Source of the DNA: Camelus ferus
Lineage: Eukaryota
Reading direction: 5' to 3'
DNA length: 64,000 nt
NCBI RefSeq assembly: GCF_009834535.1
Contig: NC_045697.1
Coordinates: 25,236,001 to 25,300,000, forward strand
Below, in pieces: positions 49,720-63,105 of this stretch. The notes beneath the pieces were generated by a model that had not been told where the DNA came from, did not search any database, and was given only the letters and a program-made list of their open reading frames with translations. The position numbers were made by a program, and so were the translations under genes. The first letter of the stretch is position 1; each line of letters starts with the position of its first letter.

Positions 49720-50127
49720 GTTGGAGAAGGTTATCTAGAGGACATGACCGAAGATTGATCCTCAAGCTGGACCCGGGTAATCAGCTCCACCCTCCACCCC
49801 CCCGTCGTTGGAATGTACATTCCACCCACCATTCCCACAGTGGGAGTCGTTTTCAAGGACACAGCCTCAAGAGAGTGCGTGTTGTTGTGACCATCTAGGT
49901 GGCATACGTGACTGAACCCGGTTGAGGCCTCTCTTATATAGAAAATTTTGCTGGGCTGTTGTGGAGATCTACTCATCTGGCAGCCAAGACAAGCCTTGTA
50001 AGTCAGTCCCCTTGCTTATTAACTCTACCAGTCAGAGTGATCTGCCTCTTTCTTCTCTTCTTGCCCTCCAGGTATAGGGGCCAGTTTCAGATCACACCTG
50101 GGAAACCCCGGAGGTTTCAAACCAGCC
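49720..50127 (+). mobile_element. 3' LTR of outer ERV
   Basis: Follows a purine-rich tract; TATA-like tatata ~49935; homologous to 42690-42982. Start approximate. Confidence 0.8.
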
Positions 50128-50299
50128 GTATATTATATTTACATGCTCGTATAAGTATAATGTGTACCTTAGCCCAAACGGTTATTATTCTAGTTTTACA
50201 GGTGAGTGATGTAAGGGGACAGTGCTCCATGAATAGTTGGACATTTCTGCAAACTTGGGCATTTTTTGAGCAAAGAGCATTGGCATCAAATTTACAAGG

Positions 50300-50645
50300 A
50301 GAGAAAAATTTACAAGTTTTAGCAAAATGCAAGTACAAATTACTTCAGGTGAAAAGAGGCTACCCTCATTTGAGAAGCAGAAAGGTAGCTGACGTGGTTG
50401 AAGAATAAAGATCTCTGGGAAGCTTATAAGGTGGAGTCAGAGGTAGGCAGACGGTGCAGGGCTGAGAGATGTGGCAACAAGATGAAAGTGTTGGTGCAGT
50501 GGGAAGCCATTTGATTTTTAAGTAAGAAAGAAATACTTGGTTTTCGTTGTGTGAGGAGCTCCCTGGTAGATACTGTTAGAAGGGGGAAAATGGCAACCGA
50601 GAAAAAACAACTAGAAGACTTTCTGCAGTAGCTCAGGTTAGGAAG
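50300..50645 (-). mobile_element. L2 remnant
   Basis: gtcagaggtaggcag...tgggaagccatt...gcagtagctcagg. Confidence 0.55.
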
Positions 50646-51599
50646 TTTTAAGTTGCCCCATTTAGCCCACTAAATATTTTGCAACTTCTGTGAGCAAATT
50701 TATATTTGCAAAACATTGTTTTAAAGTCAAATAACCCTAGATGACTTTTCTACAAGAAAATTGCAGCTTTCTGCCTCCTTTTATCCCTTTATTACATTGC
50801 TGCTGTTTCATGTGATGTTCCACAGCTTAAATACAATGTATAATTTGGAATATGAGGGTTTGGGGCTCTTTCCTCATCCTGTTTTCTCTTCTTCTCACCC
50901 AACACTAAAACAAGATTTCATGTTTTTCATCACCTGGATTTACCGTAAAATAGGCCAGAACTTGAAACTCAAATGCCTAGCAAGCAGCTGGGTATTTTAC
51001 TTTTTATATCACTTGGGTTTATTTTCTTTTTAGGCATGTTTGTTTGCTTGTTTTGGTCTAAATGTTTTCATTCTGATAAACAAGTACCTAAATTATAACA
51101 ATTTAAAACTGCTCTGAAATTAAGTCATGCTTAGGAGACAAGTGCTTCTCTTTGTCACACAATATTTGCATTACATTTACTATTACTTCATTATTTTATA
51201 TTTCTTTAAGTATAATTTACTGAACAGTTATTTTATTTGTCTTGCTTGGTAAAACTCATGTATAAAATGACATCAGAAAACGAAAACATGTCACTTTTTT
51301 TTAAAGTCAAATTATAAATTAATCTATATATATTAAAGAGTTGTAATGACTTCCTACAGATGTCACATATCATCAGGAAACACTATGAATTGTCTAATAT
51401 GGAAATCTGATGGTGATATTTCCCGACTTAGAAATCTTCATTGACATCTCTTGCGTGGGAGGGGCAGGAAGAAAAGAAGCCTTGCATCACTTTTCTGGTG
51501 CCTAAATTTTAAAATTCTTCGTAAGCCATTTCCAAACCTTCCTTCCCACTGTGCTCCTGCCGCTAATGGTTGTACTTTTCAGAATATGCCATTGTGTGT

Positions 51600-51957
51600 T
51601 TACTTCACGTTTTTGCGTATGCAAAGCGTGTTGTCTCAAATGCTGTTCTCCACTTTGTGACCAATCAGTATCTATCCAAATATGAAGCCCTCATTGAACA
51701 TTTCTGACCTGTAAAGCTTTTGACAATATTTTGGAAACAAGTTCAGCATTTTTGTACCATCAGATATCTTAAATGTGACCCCACTGTAGCACTTAAAATG
51801 GCTACCATGATCAATGTTTCATCTCTTCGTCTGCAGTTCATGACTGAATTCCTAAAGGGCAGTTATGATAATATTTCATTCACTTTTGCATACACAGGTC
51901 TTCGCTCTGATAAAGACTTTGTTTCAGGGAGAAATGTTTAATGACTAACTGATTGAA
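51600..51957 (+). mobile_element. L2 3' end remnant
   Basis: tgaattcctaaagggcag...tcattcacttttgcat...aatgtttaatgactaactgattgaa. Confidence 0.5.
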
Positions 51958-52097
51958 AAAATAGATTGATTAAACAATGTTGATCCTTTCTTGAGGAATA
52001 CATCTGTGTAATAATCTACTTTGCTTCAGAGAGGTAGCCATACTTAAGGAATTACTAAGAAAATTTAAATATACAATAGAAATATTTTTGAAAAGAC

Positions 52098-52225
52098 AAT
52101 TTTATAACATTTTATAACCTTATTTTTATAACTTTATTTTTTCTTATATCTTTAATGTACATATGTGTATTTATACACATAATTTATAACTTAATGTGTA
52201 ACTTTATTTTATAACTTTATGTGTA
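52098..52225. repeat. Degenerate AT-rich tandem array of TTTATAAC units
   Basis: At least five TTTATAAC copies. Confidence 0.7.
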
Positions 52226-53059
52226 TATGTATTTTCCCCTTAGCAAATTCTTAAAAAAATGTGAAAATCAGATTTTATTTCACTCATCTTTTTGACAAAT
52301 TGCTTACTTTAAAAAATTTTGTTTCTGAGGTGAAACTTTATTTTATCCGTGAAAAGTGCAACAACCACATTGCTTGACTAACCTCATGGTAGACTGTGAA
52401 AAGCAAAGAAGCAAAGACTTTATTTTTATCCTTTTATCTTTGCCTTTGCCTCATACCTTTTCATGAATTAATCACTTTGAGATAAATTGTGCAGTCATTA
52501 TTCCTCTTGGAAAAACTTCTAACTGAAGTCAATTAATGAATCAGCTGAGAAAGCTGTAGTTTTACTAATTCTTACAGTGTTTAATCAGAAGGAAAATCTG
52601 TTTTAATTTTATTTTATTTGGTCAGGGGGTCAGAATCAAGCAAATATGCCAATCTCTGGACAGTTTCTGAATCAAATAACTATTAACTTGAATTAATAAG
52701 AAGTTAAATCAGAAAAGAACATCAACTAGAAAAATGAACAATATTGCTTTGGTGATAGACTTCATAATTGAGAAAAAAAAGTATCTTTCCTGAGGCTGGT
52801 TGAAGGCAGGAACTCTCCCTTACATGTCTATTATATATTAGCCCCTGGACTAGACACTACAATTTTTCATATTAAATTCCTTAAGTCTCCCTTAAAGAGA
52901 AAATTGCAAATCCTGATGAAAGGTTAAGAAGTTTAAATACAAACAGAAAAAGCAAACGTGGTATTATTACATGTGAAATTTATTTTAAGAGTCTTACATT
53001 ATTTATGACCTCATAACTAATGTAAATAAATAAAATAATTATGAAATATGTTATGCCTT

Positions 53060-53515
53060 CTAGAAATCACATTTCCAAACAATAATAAGTTCAAACATCA
53101 CCTCCTCTACCATCAATTATCTAATGGTATATAAGTCATCTCAAAAGTTAGAGGATTAAAATATCAACCATTAATTTACCTCACATGTTAATGGTAGGCT
53201 CTTAGGCTGGGTTCAGCTGGCTGGTTTTGCTAATCTGGATCACACTTGGCTAATATCAGCTGGTCTCTGTGTGTGTCTAAAGTCACAAAGTAGTTTGTTT
53301 GGCTTGAAACAGAGTATGAAAGTATGCAAGATATCTTGAGTCCTACACTCAAAATCAGAAAAGTATTGCTTCTGCCTCATTTGATTGGTCTAACTTAATC
53401 CCAGCTAAATCAGATTTAGGGGACAGAGAAAGGAGGTGTTGTAAAATCACACGTAATGAAAAGGCATTCATACAAGGAGGAATTGATTTGTGGCCGTTTT
53501 CACAATCTACAATAC
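53060..53515 (-). mobile_element. MaLR LTR (MLT1H-like)
   Basis: ggctgggttcagctgg; cttctgcctcatttgattggtc; ggccgttttcacaatctacaata. Confidence 0.6.
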
Positions 53516-53727
53516 AATATCCTCCTTAAAGCTTTTGATAATCCCTAAGGTCTATTGTCTTCTGCCTCTTAACTTCCGTATCACTCGTGACATTATAACT
53601 GGGATGATGCCTTTATAAAAAATGAAAAACATAATGATATTATAGTGTTTTTTATTAAAATCTTTTGCACATAGGTGTTATTTTCTCTTTTTAGGCAATT
53701 ATCTAGAATGCATAGACTTCATTTTTA

Positions 53728-54182
53728 TGCATTGGATTCATCAGGGTTCACCAGAGAAACAGAAACAAGAGGATGTGTGTGTGCACACATGGGTGTATAT
53801 GTGTTTGTGCACACACACACGTGTGTGTATGTGTGTCTTGGTTGGGGGGTGATTTCAATAACATGGCTCACACTGTTATGGAAGCTAGCAGGCTGGAGGT
53901 GCAGGAAAGAATTTATTTTGCAGCTCAAATCTGAAGCAGACTGCAGGTAAAATTTTCTTCTCTGGGGAGTCAATCTTTTTTCTCTTAAGGCCTTCAAGAC
54001 TTCAGCTGATTAGATGAAGTCCACCCACTGCATGGAGTGTAATCTGCTTTAATCAAAATCTACTAATTTCAATGTTAATCTCATTTAGAAATACTTCACA
54101 GCAACATCTATACTAGCATTTGGCTAGTGAACATCTTAGTACCATGGTCTAACCAATTTGACACATAAAATTAACCTTCACA
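53728..54182 (-). mobile_element. MLT2 (ERVL) solo LTR, MLT2D-like
   Basis: cagggttcaccagagaaacagaa...ctgattagatgaagtccaccca...ttgacacataaaattaaccttcaca. Confidence 0.88.
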
Positions 54183-54792
54183 CTTATCATCTACTATTCT
54201 CCACAGAATTTCCAAATATTAGCATTTTAACTACAAATAATATTTCTAATAAATGCTACTTAAATAAATAAAGCAATAAGTGAATGAATGAAAATGGTAT
54301 CTAAGCAAATAAGAATAATTTCCAATTCAATGGAGGTAGAGTTAAAAAGGCACTATCCTTCTTCTCTTTCGAATATTATTCCTTAATAACAAGCTTGGTT
54401 AGAAATGCAAACTTAATTTCCATCGTCAATGATAATATGAATCATGGTATTTAAAAAGGGCTGCCAATGCAGTGAAGATCAAACCAGGGTGACAAAAATT
54501 GCCTAGAGAGGACAGCCTCTCTACACATCAAGCAGAGCCAGTAGAGCTCAGTTCTCCAAAGCAGACACCACACTAGGTAGGAGGAGAACAAACAAGCCCT
54601 TATTTGGAACCACTGGAAAGGAGTGCACAAGTTGGCATCATGATTCTCTTGGACCCTGTCACTAGTGAAGAGAAGGTGAAGACACATCAAAAGAGGAAAA
54701 GTAGACATGCCATCTGCCAAAAGCAATCTATCAGTGAGACTGAGTAAAGATAAGAGAGGGAGGGAAGGAGGGAGAGAGGAAGAGAGAGCGAG

Positions 54793-54794
<2 letters not shown>

Positions 54795-54848
<54 letters not shown>
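54795..54848. repeat. (AC)27 microsatellite preceded by a GA-rich tract
   Basis: Directly visible. Confidence 0.95.
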
Positions 54849-54853
<5 letters not shown>

Positions 54854-56059
54854 TACACATGGAGACTGAGATTACATTTTAAGTAACCAGTTAGCTACTG
54901 ACCTCTGTTGGCTGAAGAATAAAAGCAGATACACACACACACCCACACACACACGCGCGCACACACACACCCACACACGTGCTTAAGTGAGAACAGGCAG
55001 AATTTTTCTGTTAAACGTTGTGTTGGCTCCTTTATTCACTTTAGACATTCTACAAATGGCTTGGCAAAAAAAAAAAAAAATTATTTAATCCAAATCAGAG
55101 TAAATAAGAATAAAAGGATGCAACAGCAGATCTATACACAAACATCATGAAAAAAGAAGAAAAGATAACAATAAAGTGGTAGATGATGATCACTCATTGA
55201 AAAAATAGTGCTGTCCTTGGGCAGGTAAAACTTATGACCTAACATATTGCCATGAAGCCAGGGAAATAAATGAGTAAGCAATATGATTTCAGCCTACCCA
55301 CTTCCAAAACAATGTGAGCCAGTTTCTTGAAAACAGTCTCTCTCTCTCAACATATAATTGACTCAACAGCCCCCACCACTGTAATAAAGCATCATGTCTA
55401 TGGAAAACCATAAAACTGCAAACAAATTCCAAGGCTATCAATAAGCAAATGATTCATTTTTCAGTAGCATTGTTTTCACTTGATAAACTTTATAAAATTT
55501 TAGCCTTTGTATCCTTCTCCCAGGCTGCCTGATATCATCTGCCCAGCACCCCCATATTGTGCCTTGCCTGGGGATGGTGTTGGGGAGGGTGGGGAAGGAA
55601 ATTATACCTATAGAGTTTGTAGACCTACACCAGGAGTGGGGCCAACATCTCACCCCACCAGTTGGGTCTGGCCAGGGCATGGGGCAGCTCCCAACATCCC
55701 TGAGACCCAGAGGCTATGACCAAGAGCTCCCATCCCCCATACCCACTCAAGACTTGGGGAAGAGGGGGATGGGGAGCATACCAAGATCCCCAGAGGCAGC
55801 TACAGGAGAGCAGGTCTTGCCAGGGAGAAGGCAAAGAACCAGTGAGATTTCTCGAGGTGCCTTTGTTTCCAGCCAAGGCTCCTTGCCCTCTCCCTGAGAT
55901 AGTGCCAACTACCTCCCTCTCCTAGTTGCCAAGCCCGGAACTGGGGCACCCTGCCCCTTCCCACCAGCCAACAAGAAACAAAAGCACTGAAAACACCAGG
56001 CTTTGCTGCTAGCTTGTAGCTGTATCTAGTTGTAGCTAGACAGTAGCGTTTTCCTACTT

Positions 56060-56460
56060 GGGGGAAAAAAAGGAAAGTGATGTCTACCCTACCTCCTAGA
56101 GAAATAAACTCAGGAGGAATGAAAGTTTTGAACACTAAAAATAAAATCCCAAAGGGATTAGTAGAAAATGTGAGAATCTTTTATGTAAACTACTAGTGGG
56201 GAAGGATTTTCTGAGGATGTCTTTAAAATTACAAGGAAAAAGGAAACCAATAATTAACATACATACACACATTTCATGGACATATATACATGCATATTTA
56301 TATACATATATGTATACATATATACATAATTCCTAGAAAAATCACTAAAAAACATGTTTTAAAAGTTTTTGTGGTAAAACCATCAAAGGCAATTCAAAAT
56401 AAAATAAAAATATAGGAAAATTATCTTTGCTATGGACTAATTTTCTTAAAACATACATTT
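56060..56460 (+). mobile_element. L1ME ORF2-end remnant
   Basis: ccctacctc...aaataaactc...tagtagaaaatgtgaga...ggggaaggattttct. Confidence 0.55.
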
Positions 56461-58039
56461 ATACTTATCCACATTTGTTCACAGTATATGTATGTAATTT
56501 AAAAGTGTATATAATATATAATTATATATAATTCTATCATGTTTCAGCATATCATTACACTCTGTTTCGTATTAAGGGAATCTACAGATTAAAATTAAAA
56601 TTTTAAATTAAATGGCTTGCTTTTTCAGATCCATAAAATATTCTCCAACAAATATTGCCTATTAAAATTTATCAGATAAATAACTTCATCTAATACTTAC
56701 AGAGCCACAGAGAACAACTTCAGTGATTGCTATTTAAAATAATTCTTTTCCAATTTGTTATTTTCACATAGGAAACTATTTATACAAACGTTTATGTCTT
56801 TAGATATTTCATGATTCCTTATTCATCATATGCATTTAGAAAGATTAAAATTAAATTAATCTGTCTTGATTTGGGAGATAATATTTTCACTTTATAAAAA
56901 ATGGTCCTATTTTGATTCATCTTTGTACCAGCTTGATAATTTGGCCTTGATATGATGTTATGAACTATGAAGAGAATCTTCTGATTAAAATGCTATCCTA
57001 TGAACTTGATTTTGTTGTAATAAACTGTAAATGCTGATGGCTCTTTAAGTAGTTAATTAAAATTTTAAATGATTGATCTACTGAAAAAACAAAGTAGGTT
57101 AGATATTTTTCTAGCGACAAAGAGCCACTTAAAATAATTCTTACATTGTTTTTTTCCTTTGCTCTTACTCCTCACATGAACATTTTCTTTTAAAAACAAA
57201 TCTTCTTTATCATTAGCCATAACCTCTCTTTATTTTCTCATTAACAAAATAGTATTAAAAAAATGAGTGTATCTTGGCCTAATCCATTCTTGAGTCAGTT
57301 TTGTTATGTTTTAATTGGAAATATGAATCTAAGGTAGCCTCCTAAATTGAAAGATAATCTTTTTGATTGTGCCACTGATAATCATCTGTAGAGTAAAATA
57401 TATTCATGCCTAACCCTGGTCAAATATGTATCTTTACAGAAGAAAAATCAATGTAGTGGGAAGATTTTTAAATTGCATAAGGCTACTTTTTGTAATATGG
57501 CATTTCAAAATACAACCTACTTTTATGTCAGGAGTATTCGTTTTGTATTGCTAGCATTTGACCTCGATCATTTGTTCTTGGATTAGGTGTTCATACTGTG
57601 GTTTTGTGGGACTTTTATGGAATTACATTTAAATGAGTGCAAATTCTGTTTTATCATGAATTAGTTGTGACCTTGATTAAGTAATTTTTTTAAACAGTCA
57701 CAAGAGATTTCTGTCTAATATTTTCTAATTAAACATATTTATGAAACTTTTAAAACTTCTTTTTTTTTTTTGCCTTAAATTTTATTTGAGCTGTTATTCT
57801 TTATTGTCACCATAAATACTTTCAGAAACAAAATGGGAAATAAGAAGCATAGAAAGGAAAGGACAATGAAAGAGAGGCAGGAAGAAAAGAAAAAGGGTAA
57901 GGAGAAAGGATGGAAGGGAAGTTAATTTGTGCACACATTTTCTGCTTAATTTCTGGACATCTGTGCGAATTTGCTAGATCTGTATATCTTATTATTCACC
58001 ATGGTAGAGCCTACATTTAAAAAAAATACCAAAATGTAA

Positions 58040-58780
58040 AAGGGAAACCAAATAATTTCTTACAGAAAACTCTTCCACATTCATCTATATTTTGGAAAGG
58101 GAGAGTAGTTTCATAACAGTGAATCAAAATCTTGAAAGAATAATATGACTGATAAATTTGATTGCAATGAAAATGTGTTGGTAAGTCATATCTCTTGTGT
58201 GTGTGAGTATGTAAATCATATCACAGGTGAAAATCTAGTAGATATAGTGTGGAGAGTGTTCTAAAAGTCAATTAAAAAGAGCAGAACACTTATAGAAGAA
58301 CAGACAAATTAGGGCAGTCCACAGAAAAATGAATTTGGTTACATGTCATTTAAACTTAGGAAAAATACTTGAACTCATGTAAGTGTGAATGTAATTTAAA
58401 TTTAAACTGAGATCTCATTTTTGGCTCAGTTTTGTAAACTAAAGATTTGAAAAAAAATCCAAAAGTTTGTCAACACATGCCATTTTGAGACTGCGAGGAT
58501 TCATACACTCTTAGGCTGGAGGCAAATGGTACAGCCCAGAGACAAAAATAACAATATCTAATGAAATACATGTCAACCAGAACTTTGACTCACAAGTTGT
58601 CTTTCAGCATTCCAGCTCAGTTATGAACCAGCAAATATGCAAAGTGACATATGCATAAAATAATACTTTTAATTGCAAATGACTGGAAAGAACTGAAATG
58701 TCCTAAAATTGTATATTGGTTGAGTAAACTATGAAATAACACGATGAAATACAAATGCAGCCCCCAAAACATTTACACTT
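58040..58780 (+). mobile_element. L1ME remnant
   Basis: aactgagatctcatttt; ggcaaatggtacagcc; tttaattgcaaatgactggaaagaactgaaatgtcc. Confidence 0.6.
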
Positions 58781-59938
58781 TCAAACTGTTTCATCGTGAA
58801 TCATAATTTATGTGACTTACCTATATGTTAGAAACGAATCCTCATTAGGAAAATAGCCACCCCAAAAGTGTATATGTCATTTTTTTTTCTGCACTATTTT
58901 TAGACAAGTTAAAGATCATGTAAGGAAGTCTTTGGGGGAGAACCTGAGCTTTGAACTGAATACTAAGAAATGATGGTATTTTGGAAAGTGAAAAGTATAA
59001 AGAGGTAAATCCGCATAGGTGGAAGGTACAAGCTGTTCTTAGGGGAGAGAAAGCTCAATAATTTATAAATGATCATTTTATCCAAAGGCTTGGGGAGTAG
59101 CAGGTGGGCAGGCATATTCTAGAGACGCTGTTAGAAATGAAATGACCACTAGCAAATTAAATTTTATTGGGCACAAAGTATATTCAGTTGCCACTGTTGC
59201 AAGCACTTTAAAAATCTTTCATTGAATTTTCATAGCAATATTTATCCCCAAATTACATTTGTAGTGAAGGAAGATTGATGTGAAATCAAAGCCGGCTCTG
59301 GTCATGACTGCCAGTGGCTTAGCACGCTACTTTCTTTTGCTCTCAAGGCTACATTTTGAGCTGTTCTATTTGTTGAGGGAAATAGTGAAATCAATAAGAA
59401 TACTGTCATAGTCTGTAAATGACTTATTGCGAATGAAAAGAATGGGGTTAATGTTCCTTTATCTGAACAACATCAAAAGAAATACACAAACAAAACAAAC
59501 CAGAATAGCTTCTATAGATCCATTATTCATAACATCAGTGTTGCAAAATAGAAAAACGATTCCAACCTGCTTTCTGTCATTCTGAAAGAAATATATTTAT
59601 TTGTGATGTGTTTTGTATTCTAATCCACAGTACCATTATGAAATCTATAGAAATCACTTAGCTAGTCAGTTATGTCAGAATTTTTATGGGAAATGTAGAA
59701 CAGTGACGATAAAAGCTTTGGATGAAGTGCCCCAAATTTTTGGAAGCCAGTTGTGGTTTTCCAGTTGGCAGAGGGTCTGCAGGGAATTTCCTAGTTTTTT
59801 CCATAAATTGGCTAAGATAGGATACTCACAGGACAGCTCTCATATAACCTTTCATCCACATTCAGTACTGAGAGCTTTAATTCCTGGGTTATTCAAAATT
59901 TGCACCTAGAGATTATGGCAAATTTTAGATAATTGCTG

Positions 59939-60062
59939 TTGTGGTTAATTTTATGGGTCAATTTGATTTGATTAAGTGAGCTCGTAAACATTATTTCTGG
60001 GTAAAGGTGTCTCTGGAAGAGATTAAAAGAGAAAAAGTAATTAAAGAAAAAAATTAGCATTG
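59939..60062 (+). mobile_element. MLT2 LTR 5' fragment
   Basis: tggttaattttatgggtcaatttg...aaacattatttctgggt...tctggaagagatta. Confidence 0.7.
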
Positions 60063-63000
60063 ACTATATTTAGACTTCACTAGTAGATATACTTTTATTT
60101 AAACATTCTATCAATGTAGAAATTATTTCAATAATGGTATATGAGAATTATGTTCCAGATTCTTTCTCAGGTTCTGAAAATACAAGAAAAAATTGTACCT
60201 AATTTAGTGTAGCTTATAATGAGTTAATGAAAACTTTATATTACTGAAACTGTTGGAGATAGTTTTCATTCTTATAATATTAATAAAGTATGAGTCTGTA
60301 AGTAAAAGGAAGCATTGAACCAACAGTAATTTAACTACCACTTTTCTTATTTAACCAGGTGTTAGGGAAAATTAAGCTTCTTGCTTCTGATGTAACATGT
60401 TTGGAGGAAAATGACTCCCGAGAAGCTGGTCTGCTTTGTTGATAATTTGCAGGAATAAGGAAAGTGCTATAAAGATCTCAGCGTCGGTATATCACTAAAC
60501 TGCTGCAGTTGGCACAAGCTGGTTCAGCTCTTCATGGCCTGGCCTTGCGTAGGTTAGAAGACAAGTGCGCTGCAGTTTTAAAGAGGGACTTTGATGACGT
60601 TTCCTGTCAGGCGTGTTCAGTCCACGTGGAAGAATGTCATGAGCTTGACAGGACTCTGTCCCAAGAACAGGGTTTAGAAAGTTGGATTGAGGGGCTTTGT
60701 TTCTGTCAATTCTTTTTTGATTCTCTACAAGCATTTATTATATTTTAGAGTATAGTGTGGATAATCTCAAATTTGAAGCGTGCTTTCAAGGCTAATGAAG
60801 ATTTTAATAACCTGGTCCAAAAGTCTTTTGAAACAGTTTATCTTAGTGTCATCCAGTAGGATGACATTGAAGGAAATCAGTTGTTTTGTAACTGAAACTT
60901 AAGAGAATTAGAAAGCATGTGTATTAAGTGAGAGCTGTCAGTGATGAAAAGGAAAAAAAAGAAAAAACTGTCCCTCTAGGACTCACCAAGAGAAGTAGAA
61001 ACACTTTGATGTGACTGAAAAAGAGGAGTAGCCCTTTAATTTATAGGAAGCTCAGTGTGAAAGAGGGGAGGACAAGATAGGAGTATAGATGAGGGTGCTT
61101 CTAGCTTCTCAATTAGAGAATTTACAGTATCTAAGATGTGCATCAGAAAACTTCAAAACATCTTTTTCATTTCTTAAAATTAGGAGTTGGTTCACATAAT
61201 TTAAGAAGTTACAATGTTAGTGATGAAATTTCTCAAACTACAACTGTTTTAAATGAAGAAATTAACCACCGAACATATTGTCTTATAAAACTTATGGTCA
61301 GAAAGTGACATTGCATATTTCCTTATTAAAGAAGAAATTATCTTATAATTGACAAAATGACTTTTTAGAGATTTTAATATATGCTACATTGTGAAATTAC
61401 AAACCTTCAGCTTCAGTTCATTATGAATTTGTTTCTAGATCAAATTTATGGTTTGTTCAGATATAGCTAGAGCCAAAGTACAATCACCTCTGAATTGTTT
61501 TTAACTTAGTGAAATGTCTGAAGTAATTGAGAACTGAAAAGTTTAAGGCTAACACTGAAAGCAAATCTAATTAACAACTATTTTTTTCTTAGTTTAGAAT
61601 CTTATTTCTCAATGAAAGCATACATATGAAAATTATAGTGCTATATACTGAGACTTTAAAATTAATTTTACCTAGAGTGTTAGGAGAAAAAAAGGATTGA
61701 GATTAAAATGCTCACTCTGCAACAGTGTTTTGCCTTCTTAAATAAGTTCATAATATAAACATTTTATGATTCTAATTTTTAAATTCTAATCCAGTTATGC
61801 AATTTTCAATGTGTCATTTTTTTAAATGGAGTTTATTCAGCAACAGTTTATTCAGAAAATAAATATACCTACTTAATTTTAATAGACGTATTAAAAATAA
61901 TAATTTTGTAAGTTATTATATTGAATTCCTGAGTTGATACCTTTTTTGTTATTTCTTGGCTTTCTTTATGGGGTCTTTTTTACACTTAGGAAAACTTTCC
62001 ACTAAGAATGTGAAATTATGTCATAAGCATTTTATGTGTATGTATTTAATACATGGTGATTTGGATTTGGCTTTTACATCTTAATTAAATATATGAGTAG
62101 GCATATAGTGCCTTGTTCTAAACATTAAATTCATCTTTAAGTAAAGATATCATTGTTTGCTGAGTTACAAAGAATTGTGTACATCAGTTTGTCCTAATGT
62201 TCTCGAGAAGGGCTTATGTTTTGTCTTGTTTTTGTTTTCTCCTTCAAATACCCTTAACAGCCCCAGATTTTTTTTAAGGAAACTACTTTATCCACAATCG
62301 CTGTTGGACAAATCACCCAGCAATTCTTTATGCACTGGTGACCGTGTTGGTTGCCATGTAAATCATCTCCATAGTCACAGTTGAGTGGATTACAGGATAG
62401 ATATCAATAAGGGACCAGGAGAAAAATCTTCCCAAAGATATCAGTAGATATTTGTGTCAAATGATATTCTTTATTGTGAGGACAGGAACTGACACCAAAG
62501 GATATACATACAGAAAAGGCAATACACAAATATCATGGACAATACAAGCCATGGTTAACAAAATTACATGTCATCAAAAGTTATGTAAGTGATAAGCAGC
62601 CATGAGGAATGAAATGGAATAAAGAATGAGGTTGTGTGTGGCCAGATTAGAGGAGCAAAAATTGACAGGTACTGAGGTATCAGGTGGAAATCCAAGAACA
62701 CCAGCTGTTCAGGTACCAACAAGATGATCTGATTATATTATGTAGCATGTTGGAGACATGTGCGTGTTTGAAAGAGAGTTCCTATCAGAAACTAAAAACC
62801 ATTTTAGAAATGGGGCTTAAAGAGTCAAATATTATGTATTATATAGTCTCTAAGACGCATCACTCAACTAGGAAATTAGTCTGTATTTCTAATTAATTAA
62901 AAACATTATTAAGTACTGAGGAAATTCTGTATGTTTGACATTTTAAATATAAAAACGTGAATTTTTTATATAACCATATTTCCATGGGGAAAAAAGTGTC

Positions 63001-63105
63001 TATATATGTATTGTTACTTATTTGGATTAATTTAGCAGAGTAGATCTCAAAATTTGATGTATGTCAAAATAACTGAGTAACTTGTTACATTAAAAAGAAA
63101 ATGGC

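Noticed and set aside
52098..52225. Repeat array as CRISPR-like
   Set aside because: Eukaryotic low-complexity AT repeat with short units, no regular spacers and no cas genes.
54451..54858. 135-aa ORF with a CV repeat
   Set aside because: Translation of the (AC)27 and GA microsatellites.
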